From: Bdellovibrio sp. | Lineage (GTDB): Bacteria; Bdellovibrionota; Bdellovibrionia; Bdellovibrionales; Bdellovibrionaceae | Direction: 5' to 3' | Assembly (NCBI GenBank): GCA_046318155.1 | Contig: JBKCUU010000050.1 | Span: 1 to 32,737, forward strand | DNA length: 32,737 nt | Part shown: in pieces, positions 25,425 through 32,737 of the stretch | Layout of the letters: each line of letters opens with the position of its first letter | How positions within the stretch are numbered: the first letter of the stretch is position 1 | The notes under the pieces: generated by a model | What the model was told of the DNA's origin: nothing | Databases searched by the model: none | Seen by the model: the letters and a program-made list of their open reading frames with translations, nothing else | Made by a program: the position numbers and the translations under genes

Positions 25425-26837
25425 ATGGCCAAGATCCATGCCATGATGGACATTGGAAAGCGCTCGATGTTGAACAGTCAGACAGCGCTCCAAACTGTCT
25501 CGCACAATATCGCGAATAAGACCACCGAGGGTTATTCGCGCCAACGTGTGGACACCGTGACTGCGCCGCCGATTCAAGAGGGTCGGTTGCAGCTAGGCAT
25601 GGGCGCCAGAGCCTCTCAAGTTTCTCGCGTCAATAATCCATTTCTCGAAAAGCAAATTCAAAATGAAACCGGCAGTAAAGGTTTTCTGCAAGGGCAGGCC
25701 GACGCTCTCTCTCGCGTTGAGCAAGTTTTTAATGAACAGCTGAACAAAGGCTTAAGTCACTACGTCTCTGATTTCTTCAATGCGTACCGCGAGCTCTCGA
25801 ACAATCCCGAAAGCACGACCACGCGGACGGCTGTGAAAGAAGCCGCCGAGGCTATGACGGCAGACTTTAAGCGAGTTGATGATCAGCTCACGACCGTTCA
25901 GAAAGATATCGATATTCAGGTTCAAGCAGGCATTGTCGAGATCAATGCAATTTCAAAAGAAATCGCGACCCTCAATAAGGACATCGTGCAAGTTGAGATG
26001 CAGGGGATTCCGGCGAATGACCAACGTGACCGCCGTGATTTTCTTGTCAAACAACTGCACGAAAAAATTGATGTCAGAGTCGCCGAGGGCGACCGCGGTG
26101 CAATTTCGGTTTCGACCGCAGGCAATGCCTTGTTGGTTTCGGGACTTGATCATACCGAGCTTGTCACTTATTCGGGCGGTGTTGACAACCGCGTTCAAAT
26201 CTATGCACGACCCAGCGAAGCGCATCCCCCTTTTCTCATCACCGACCGTATTAAAGGCGGGACGCTCGGCGGCGTCATCAAGGTTCGCGATACGGTCATT
26301 GATAGCGTTCGGGAGCGTGTTGATAGTCTGGCCTACAAAATGGCGGGTGAAGTGAACGATGCCCACCGCCAAGGCTTTGACCGTACAGGAAAGCCAACTG
26401 GATTTTTCTTTGATCCCATGGGCGGCGTTCAGGGTGCGGCCAAAGCGATATCGGTCACTAATGAGATCTCGAATGACGTTAACCGAATCGCGACGGCCGC
26501 CAAAACCAATGCTCCCGGTGATGGTTCGATTGCCAATGTGATTTCGATGATTCAGTTCAAAGAAGTCATGGACGGTGATACCGCCACGATGAATGACTTT
26601 TACAATGCTCAAGTGGGACGAGTGGGCGTCATGGCCCAGACGGCCGTGAGAGCCAGGGATGCTCAAGACAATATCTTGCTCCAGGTCACCAAGCTGCGTG
26701 AGTCGGTGAGCGGGGTCAGTCTTGATGAAGAAGCGACGAAAATGCTAGAGTTTCAAAAAACTTTTGACGCTTCGGCCAGGCTGATTCGAACAGCCGATGA
26801 GATGTTTGATACTGTTCTGAATCTAAAGAGGATGTAA
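25425..26837 (+). CDS. flgK: Hook-associated protein 1
   Basis: SHNIANKTTEGYSRQR, NDQRDRRD and SVSGVSLDEE motifs. Confidence 0.96.
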   Translation: MAKIHAMMDIGKRSMLNSQTALQTVSHNIANKTTEGYSRQRVDTVTAPPIQEGRLQLGMGARASQVSRVNNPFLEKQIQNETGSKGFLQGQADALSRVEQVFNEQLNKGLSHYVSDFFNAYRELSNNPESTTTRTAVKEAAEAMTADFKRVDDQLTTVQKDIDIQVQAGIVEINAISKEIATLNKDIVQVEMQGIPANDQRDRRDFLVKQLHEKIDVRVAEGDRGAISVSTAGNALLVSGLDHTELVTYSGGVDNRVQIYARPSEAHPPFLITDRIKGGTLGGVIKVRDTVIDSVRERVDSLAYKMAGEVNDAHRQGFDRTGKPTGFFFDPMGGVQGAAKAISVTNEISNDVNRIATAAKTNAPGDGSIANVISMIQFKEVMDGDTATMNDFYNAQVGRVGVMAQTAVRARDAQDNILLQVTKLRESVSGVSLDEEATKMLEFQKTFDASARLIRTADEMFDTVLNLKRM

Positions 26838-26841
26838 GTAA

Positions 26842-27930
26842 ATGCGCGTAACAGACCGAATGGGATATGACCAGATCACGCGGAATTTGCAGAAGAATCG
26901 CTCTGAGATGGTCGATTTGCAAAATCAGGCGGCGACTCAGAAGAGGGTGAACAAGCCTTCGGATGATCCGATTGCGGCAGCCCGAGTTTTGGGGAGTCGA
27001 TTCGAAGAACGTGCGAGCACTCAGTTCGTTAAAAATATCAATATCGCGCGTTCGTTTTTAGAATTTTCGGATCAGTCGCTGGGCGAACTTTCTGAAACGA
27101 TGATGCGGTTGAAAGATCTTGCGATCCAGCAAGCCAATGATGCCAGCGCCAGTCCCGAAACCCGCCGCGTCGTGGCTGAAGAAGTTCAGCAAAACTTTAA
27201 TCAAATTGTTCAAATCGGAAACCGTAAATTGGGTGAGCGCTATATCTTTGGTGGTCACAAGACGACTTCGGCTCCCTTTACATCCGCCGGCGACTACAGG
27301 GGTGATGACGGAGATTTGAAAATCCACGTCAACAAGGATGCGTTTGTGGCCATGAATCTGCCCGGCGATAAGATTTTCTTAGGAAAAGGGATCGGGTCCG
27401 ACGGCACGATTCGTCCCAAAGCCGAAACTCCTAAAACGACCGAGCAACTTATTGAGTACCAACACGAAGAGCGTATTCGAGAACAAAACAACAAACTCCG
27501 CCAAGAAGGGCCCATCCAGCTTCGGATCCCAGCGACAGCCGGCGCCGTTGAAAACAAATTTGTTGAGACCAAGTCTCCCGAAACGGACTCTGCAGGAGTC
27601 AACGTTCTACAGGCCGTGAAGGACTTTGAGATTGCTCTCAGGGTCAATGATAAGGAACAAATTCAAAACTCGATCGACAATATGGACCAGGCGCTCGCGC
27701 AGGTTATCCACGCCCGTTCGCAAGTCGGGGCCAGGATCCAGGTGCTGACGCATTCGACCGACAGTCTGCAGAAAGCGATTGTTGACAATAAGGGCACCGC
27801 TTCGCTCCTTGAGGATGCGGACCTGCTTCAAGTTGTCAGTGATATCAGCAAATCCGACAGCACGCTCAAGGCGGCGCTTGAGACTTCGGGCCGTGTCGTG
27901 CAACCCAGCCTTCTTGACTTCTTGAAATAG
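26842..27930 (+). CDS. flgL: Hook-associated protein 3
   Basis: KRVNKPSDDP, RYIFGG..TSAPF and SLLDFL motifs. Confidence 0.95.
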   Translation: MRVTDRMGYDQITRNLQKNRSEMVDLQNQAATQKRVNKPSDDPIAAARVLGSRFEERASTQFVKNINIARSFLEFSDQSLGELSETMMRLKDLAIQQANDASASPETRRVVAEEVQQNFNQIVQIGNRKLGERYIFGGHKTTSAPFTSAGDYRGDDGDLKIHVNKDAFVAMNLPGDKIFLGKGIGSDGTIRPKAETPKTTEQLIEYQHEERIREQNNKLRQEGPIQLRIPATAGAVENKFVETKSPETDSAGVNVLQAVKDFEIALRVNDKEQIQNSIDNMDQALAQVIHARSQVGARIQVLTHSTDSLQKAIVDNKGTASLLEDADLLQVVSDISKSDSTLKAALETSGRVVQPSLLDFLK

Positions 27931-27940
27931 AAAATATACC

Positions 27941-27968
27941 TACAGTTCCTTTCAAAAGGGTCCGATAA
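27941..27968 (+). promoter_or_regulatory. Internal sigma28-like promoter for csrA-fliW
   Basis: TACA-N16-TCCGATAA. Confidence 0.55.
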
Positions 27969-28052
27969 GTCTTTTGAAGGTCATCCCGTTCAAAACACCC
28001 GCTTGGGTGATCATGGCAGGGGTGCGGCACGGAAGCTGTAAGGGAGTTCTAC

Positions 28053-28280
28053 ATGCTTGTATTAACACGGAAGTTAGGCGAGAGCATCGCCATCGACGAT
28101 CATATCAGAATCCGCGTGGTTCAAATCAAAGGCAAGCAAGTGCGCTTGGGTATTGAAGCTCCCAAGGAGACCAAAATCCACCGCGAAGAAGTTTACTTGG
28201 CCATTCAAGATACGAACAAAGAGTCGGCCGGAACTTCCAGCGAAAAGACGCGTTCGATCTCCAAGATGCTCAAGCCCTAG
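28053..28280 (+). CDS. csrA: Carbon storage regulator CsrA
   Basis: MLVLTRKLGESI...VRLGIEAP...IHREEVY, with the C-terminal extension (N..SA) typical of FliW-binding CsrAs. Confidence 0.97.
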   Translation: MLVLTRKLGESIAIDDHIRIRVVQIKGKQVRLGIEAPKETKIHREEVYLAIQDTNKESAGTSSEKTRSISKMLKP

Positions 28281-28408
28281 TTATATCCTGCGTTACAATC
28301 CAACAGGACCCGCTCTGGTGCTATTTTTTCACTCCTTTTCACCCATTTTTTGTCTTGCTGTGTCTGAGCCTTAGGGGCATCCTTTAGCCTTGAAGAGGGG
28401 GTCTTCAC

Positions 28409-28948
28409 GTGATCATTCAAACGACTCGATTCGGTCAGGTTCAAGTTCAAGACGACGAACTTCTGACGTTTCCTGAAGGAGTTCTGGGATTTAACGATTT
28501 CAGAAAGTTCGTCCTTTTGGACGATCCCAATGACGAAATCTTTGCCTGGCTGCAAAGCTGCGAAGAGCCCGCCATTGCGTTTCCGGTTTTGGAGCCCGAG
28601 CTCTTTTCGGATTCTTACCGAGTCACTTTGGCAAAATCAGAGACCGAGACTTTGAAGCTGACGCCGGAAGATGCAAAGCGCATGTTCTGCATTGTCACCA
28701 TTCCTGATGATCCGACGTTGATGACTGCCAATATGAAAGCTCCCATTGTTGTGAATCCTCGTTTGCGCTTGGCCCGTCAGTGCGTTTTGCAAGACAATAG
28801 CCTGGCGATTCGTGAGCCCATCTTTGCAAAACTGCAAGGCCGTGTGGTTTCAAATCCCGACCAGTCGATCAAAGAACAATCGGCAGGTCTTGAGGGTGTT
28901 GCGATCCGTTTGCCTGCGGGGACGCCGGATACCGAAGCTAGCTTGTAA
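28409..28948 (+). CDS. fliW: Flagellar assembly factor FliW
   Basis: TTRFG, FPEGVLGF, WLQS and TANMKAPIVVN motifs. Confidence 0.95.
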   Translation: MIIQTTRFGQVQVQDDELLTFPEGVLGFNDFRKFVLLDDPNDEIFAWLQSCEEPAIAFPVLEPELFSDSYRVTLAKSETETLKLTPEDAKRMFCIVTIPDDPTLMTANMKAPIVVNPRLRLARQCVLQDNSLAIREPIFAKLQGRVVSNPDQSIKEQSAGLEGVAIRLPAGTPDTEASL

Positions 28949-28960
28949 GCGCCGCTGATA

Positions 28961-29104
28961 GAGATAGGTTCTAAGTATGTCGAGGCTGAGGGATTTGGTT
29001 ATGATAAGCCATTGGGAACTAACAAAACAGATTCGGGACGTGCTCAGAATAGAAGAGTTGATATTGTAATCACCTCACTTAAAGATTTATCAGTTATTGA
29101 CTAA
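28961..29104 (+). pseudogene. 3' remnant of an OmpA/MotB-type peptidoglycan-binding domain gene
   Basis: Manual translation EIGSKYVEAEGFGYDKPLGTNKTDSGRAQNRRVDIVITSLKDLSVID*. No start codon or N-terminal part. Confidence 0.8.
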
Positions 29105-29119
29105 CGCATAAATAAAGGC
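29094..29119 (+). repeat. 26-bp direct repeat, left copy
   Basis: TTATTGACTAACGCATAAATAAAGGC, identical to 32597-32622. Confidence 0.9.
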
Positions 29120-29130
29120 CCTAAAAGACA

Positions 29131-29170
29131 GAAGCCGAGTCTTAAAGAAAGACTCGGCTTTTCGTTTTTT
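29131..29170. terminator. Intrinsic terminator, probably bidirectional
   Basis: AAGCCGAGTCTT-aaaga-AAGACTCGGCTT followed by a T-rich tail. Confidence 0.85.
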
Positions 29171-29189
29171 AATCTTTTGAAGAGATTCT

Positions 29190-29627
29190 TTACTCCATAT
29201 GCTTTTGCAGCTTTTTGAATTTTTCTAGGATTTCTTTCTTCTGTTCAGGTGTCAGCGTCTTGTGCAGCGCCGCTACCTTTGTCAAGTATTTATCAACTTT
29301 TTGGTTCATGCGAGTGCTGCGTTCCTCGATGATTTGTTTCACTCGTGAAGTATCCAAATTCTCGGCCATCAAGAGGGCCTCCATTTCTGAAGCTATGGTT
29401 TCTCGAAATTCACGTTCAGCCGCGTAATCTTTTTTTGCTTCTGATGCAATTTCTTTAAGAATCCGATCTTGATTTTCAGTGAAGTCCAAGTAAGACGAAA
29501 TCTTATCGCTGAATTTTTCAATTTTTTCTTCTGGCGAACGATTGCAGCTTGTCAACAGTCCCCCTGCGACTAAAACGGCAACAAGGGCAGTGGTTTTTCT
29601 AAGGCGGGTTTGTTTTGAAAAGAACAT
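29190..29627 (-). CDS. Spy/CpxP-family (LTXXQ) periplasmic lipoprotein
   Basis: AGGAG SD before ATG 29627. Lipobox LTSC. FTENQ and LTPEQ motifs. Confidence 0.85.
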   Translation of the reverse strand: MFFSKQTRLRKTTALVAVLVAGGLLTSCNRSPEEKIEKFSDKISSYLDFTENQDRILKEIASEAKKDYAAEREFRETIASEMEALLMAENLDTSRVKQIIEERSTRMNQKVDKYLTKVAALHKTLTPEQKKEILEKFKKLQKHME

Positions 29628-29704
29628 TTTATCTCCTAAAGTAAACATCTTGAAATCCAAGATGTGGTTTTAAAGCTAAGATACCGGGCTTTAGGCAGCA
29701 AATG

Positions 29705-29740
29705 GTTACTAAGACTTTACCAATTGTTACGAATTGTAAC
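29705..29740. promoter_or_regulatory. OmpR/CpxR-type direct-repeat operator
   Basis: GTTAC-N6-TTTAC-N5-GTTAC-N5-GTAAC. The reverse strand resembles the CpxR box GTAAA-N5-GTAAA. Confidence 0.65.
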
Positions 29741-29802
29741 TGTCCAGAATAGTAAGCTAGTATATGTTTTTATGTATGAACCGTTAGGCTATAGTTAAAT
29801 TT

Positions 29803-30495
29803 ATGGTCCGTGTTCTGCTTATTGATGATGATGAAAAGTTGGCCGCTTTATTGAAGCAGTACTTTTCTCAATTTGGGATAGACCTTGAAAACGAGGTTTC
29901 ACCAACGCGGGCCTTAGAAACTCTTCGTGAATCAAAAACTGATGTCATTATTCTAGATGTCATGATGCCGGAAATGGATGGATTTGAAGTCTGCAAAAAA
30001 ATTCGAAACTTTTCCGATATCCCTATCTTGATGCTCACGGCCCGTGGTGAAGCCGCCGATAAGGTTTTAGGTCTTGAACTTGGTGTCGACGATTATTTGG
30101 CAAAGCCTTTTGATTCCCGCGAACTCGTTGCGCGAGTCAAAGCTCTGATGCGTCGAACTCATAAAGACGTATTACGGAAAAAATTGACGGCAGGCACACT
30201 ACAGCTCGACCTGATTTCAAGGAAAGCCTTTCTTGAAGAAAAAAGCTTAGAGCTCAGCACTTATGAATTTGAACTGCTAAAATTGTTTATGAGCTCTTCA
30301 GGGAAGAATCTGACCCGTGATCAGATTATGGATTCACTGAAAGGCGTTGACTGGGCAGCCTACCAGCGCGGAATCGATGTGGCGGTCAGTCGCTTACGGC
30401 AAAAATTAGATGATCCCGCAAAAAATCCAAAATTTTTAAAAACAGTTTGGGGCGAAGGCTATTGTTTCATTCACCCGGTTACAGAGGATGCATGA
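29803..30495 (+). CDS. OmpR/CpxR-family response regulator
   Basis: LLIDDD, ILDVMMP and DDYLAKPF receiver motifs, plus winged-helix IDVAVSRLRQKL..KTVWGEGY. Confidence 0.95.
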   Translation: MVRVLLIDDDEKLAALLKQYFSQFGIDLENEVSPTRALETLRESKTDVIILDVMMPEMDGFEVCKKIRNFSDIPILMLTARGEAADKVLGLELGVDDYLAKPFDSRELVARVKALMRRTHKDVLRKKLTAGTLQLDLISRKAFLEEKSLELSTYEFELLKLFMSSSGKNLTRDQIMDSLKGVDWAAYQRGIDVAVSRLRQKLDDPAKNPKFLKTVWGEGYCFIHPVTEDA

Positions 30496-31802
30496 GAGTA
30501 AAATCAGATCATCTTCTTTTAAGGATCTTTTTTACTCACTTGATCGCGGCACTTGTTGTGATAGCAGTTCTTTTTGGAACTTTTAGGTTATTGCAGCCCA
30601 CTAAAAAAATTCCGGAAATCGTCGAGCGTCACGCGGCCTGGTACCTTCAAAACCTTTTAAAAGAACTCGGAGACTCTCCAACTCCAGAACAAATGAGTGC
30701 TTTCGAAGAGAAATTTTTAATTCAAGTCCTTCGCGAGGGAATACCTTTATCCAAAAACGATGTAAAATTTCCCACTTTCAAAGACATTGATGAAGATTGG
30801 GACGATGAGGCCCCGTCTCTTTTTAAATTTGGTCACGTGAACGGCTACTATTTCATTGAGCTTAAACAGCAAACTCCGCGCACAGTGTGGCTAGTTTCAG
30901 GAAGCAACTTTCCGAAGCGTTTTGCGTTTCCAATCTTCTGGGTTTTAGGGTTTGTCGTTTTTATTTTTGCCATCAGTTTTGTAAGTATTCGTCTGACCAT
31001 TCGCCCGGTGCAGTATCTCCTTAGCGGTGCAGAACAGCTAGCAAGTGGAAACTTAAAGTTTCGCATGCCCTTTAGTAAAAACGGTGAATTTCACCGGATA
31101 TCACAAACATTCAACAGCGTTGCCGAAAGATTGGAAAAACTGGTGACCAGTAAGGAGCTTCTGCTTCGCGATGTCAGCCATGATCTTCGAAGTCCACTCA
31201 CGCGAATTGGAGTTGCCGCCGAGATGATTTCTCAAGACGATTTAAAGCAATCCATAAAAGAAGATGTAAAAAGAGTCGATCATTTAATTGATCAAATTTT
31301 AGAATCCTACAATTTGCGAAGTGGTCAGCTGAATTTAAAAAAAGTCCCAGCCAATATCTGTGAGCTTTTAGCCTCACTGCAAAACGAGTACTCCAAACAA
31401 AAACCAACCGTACTTCTCGATGCTCCTCGGCTAGCCACTGCCGAGTTTGACCCCATGATGATGGAGCGCGTGTTTCGAAATCTCATCGAAAACGCACAAA
31501 AGTATTCAAAGCCTGATTCGAAACCGATTGAACTCAAAGTTGAGGATCAAGGTCACGACTGGGCAGTCACCATCAAAGACTATGGCTCAGGTATCTCTTT
31601 CGAAAATCAGAAAAAAGTCTTTGATCCATTCTTCCGTGTAGACCAAGCACGAAATCCGAATCGCAAAGCTGGCTTCGGGTTGGGCCTTTCAATTAGTAAA
31701 GCCATCATTGATGCACATGGCTTTTCAATCGAACTTCAAACTGAAATAGGCCTCGGAACTGTGGTTTCAGTACTAATGAAAAAAGAAACCTCCTTGGGTT
31801 GA
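30492..31802 (+). CDS. Sensor histidine kinase (2 TM, HAMP, HisKA, HATPase)
   Basis: DVSHDLRSPL, NLIENAQKY, DYGSGI, FDPFFR and GFGLGL motifs. ATGA overlap with the regulator. Confidence 0.95.
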   Translation: MRVKSDHLLLRIFFTHLIAALVVIAVLFGTFRLLQPTKKIPEIVERHAAWYLQNLLKELGDSPTPEQMSAFEEKFLIQVLREGIPLSKNDVKFPTFKDIDEDWDDEAPSLFKFGHVNGYYFIELKQQTPRTVWLVSGSNFPKRFAFPIFWVLGFVVFIFAISFVSIRLTIRPVQYLLSGAEQLASGNLKFRMPFSKNGEFHRISQTFNSVAERLEKLVTSKELLLRDVSHDLRSPLTRIGVAAEMISQDDLKQSIKEDVKRVDHLIDQILESYNLRSGQLNLKKVPANICELLASLQNEYSKQKPTVLLDAPRLATAEFDPMMMERVFRNLIENAQKYSKPDSKPIELKVEDQGHDWAVTIKDYGSGISFENQKKVFDPFFRVDQARNPNRKAGFGLGLSISKAIIDAHGFSIELQTEIGLGTVVSVLMKKETSLG

Positions 31803-32062
31803 TATGAGCTTCTTCCTTTAATAGTGTCATCGGTAAATCAGGGGCTAGAAGATTTGTTGGGATAAAGGTCTGCTCTAATTCCATTTTTAAGTTCATTTTT
31901 GATAAGAAATTCTGGCAGTATCGAAATCCCCATGCCTTGCAGAGCCATCTCTTTGTGTGCAGTCATCTCGTCGTCTTGATGGAAGACTGGAAAAGATCCA
32001 TTCCTTTCCATACAATTTGCAGATCGAATTCTAGAATGATTGCCAGACTCATCAACCAACAC
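31790..32062 (-). pseudogene. Degraded LysR-type regulator, C-terminal fragment
   Basis: KEMALQGMGISILPEFLIKNELKNG..LYP resembles the end of a LysR substrate-binding domain. No HTH, and the frame appears broken. Confidence 0.6.
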
Positions 32063-32210
32063 TTCATCTCATTTGCGGCTGCCTGGCTCTGGCAAGTCGA
32101 CCTCGACATCGCAACTTGATGCTGTAAAAAATCCTCAAAAAGATCGAGAAAGTAATGGGGACGCATTCTCCAGGCGGGGTGCTTGACGGCCATGATTCTA
32201 CGTTAACGGC

Positions 32211-32447
32211 GTGTCTGCGAGCACTGCCAAGGGCGCAAGCCTTTTGCTTAAGGAGCTCATCCTCAATGGTGACAACCATCGCGTTTGTTACGAGGGAGAT
32301 TTCGAGGATGCTCTAGCGAACGTTCATGGTTCGATTACGATCTCTGTAAATGATGTTTATGGCGAAAGCGTATATCCGCCGCTTGATACTTCAGTTTCAG
32401 GTAAGAATGGCGAATCTGCTTCGGCTGTGATTTCGTCCTGCAATTAA
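32211..32447 (+). pseudogene. Short ORF, probable remnant of a hypothetical gene
   Basis: 78-aa frame with protein-like composition but no SD or signal peptide. Confidence 0.3.
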
Positions 32448-32596
32448 ACAGCGCCGCCGATTCCCGTCACAGAAAATTATTGAAAACATGTTACGCAGCC
32501 CAAAGGTTGCCCTTGCTTCCGCTGCGGAGGTCAGGGCAACTAAAGAGTTGCGCAAACCTTGGCCGGAATGGCCTCAAGCTCTCCCGTCCCGATCGA

Positions 32597-32622
32597 TTAT
32601 TGACTAACGCATAAATAAAGGC
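32597..32622 (+). repeat. 26-bp direct repeat, right copy
   Basis: Identical to 29094-29119. Confidence 0.9.
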
Positions 32623-32662
32623 GCATTGGTCTTGTCCTTGCTGGCTACAAAATGACGTACTC

Positions 32663-32709
32663 GAAAAAGCTCCTCGACGTGGCTTTAGCCACGCCTCCGG
32701 GGCTTTTTC
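32663..32709. other. Long imperfect hairpin (terminator-like or REP-like)
   Basis: GAAAAAGCTCC..CGTGGCT-tt-AGCCACG..GGGGCTTTTTC. Confidence 0.55.
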
Positions 32710-32737
32710 TCTGTGCGCCATTTTTCGCTCAGCAATC

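Noticed and set aside
28946..29104. Programmed stop read-through giving a FliW-OmpA fusion
   Set aside because: The stop is TAA, the domain is incomplete, and a shared frame has a 1-in-3 chance.
29094..29170. Integron attC site (GACTAAC containing a stop codon)
   Set aside because: No complementary GTTRRRY end or attC-like fold at either copy, and no integrase seen.
32597..32635. Complete dif/Xer site
   Set aside because: XerC-like arm only; the TTATGTTAAAT XerD arm is absent.
1..32737. CRISPR array, tRNA/rRNA, transposase or integrase
   Set aside because: No regularly spaced repeats, cloverleaf or recombinase motifs seen by eye.

Overview
Chromosomal window from a Bdellovibrionota (Bdellovibrio-like predator) genome. 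This is inferred from gene content, the FQNC-type lipobox and many sigma28-driven secreted orphan proteins. Left half: a partial GT2 glycosyltransferase head-to-head with a nucleotidyltransferase, a lipoprotein, alaS, a secreted orphan, a signal-peptide-bearing circularly permuted ATP-grasp protein, pgpA-cinA-recA, glutathione peroxidase, three tandem Cys/Gly-rich secreted paralogues, lysC (with an internal beta-subunit start) and an MltD-like lytic transglycosylase. Right half: a sigma54-driven flagellar operon, flgF-G-A-H-I-J-M-N-K-L-csrA-fliW, then a ~3.5 kb AT-richer islet bracketed by a perfect 26-bp direct repeat, holding a CpxP/R/A-like module and gene remnants. Best find: a ~210-nt structured element between flgI and flgJ with five hairpins, each showing an A(R)GGA motif in its loop, closed by a 16-bp helix and a U8 tract. 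It looks like a CsrB/RsmZ-like CsrA-binding RNA in an operon that also encodes CsrA and its protein antagonist FliW. Other highlights are a recurrent TCTCA-N3-TGAGA palindrome at sigma28 promoters of secreted proteins, a secreted ATP-dependent ligase, and a conserved C-terminal motif in the paralogue trio. All calls are by eye; no database searches or folding programs were run.
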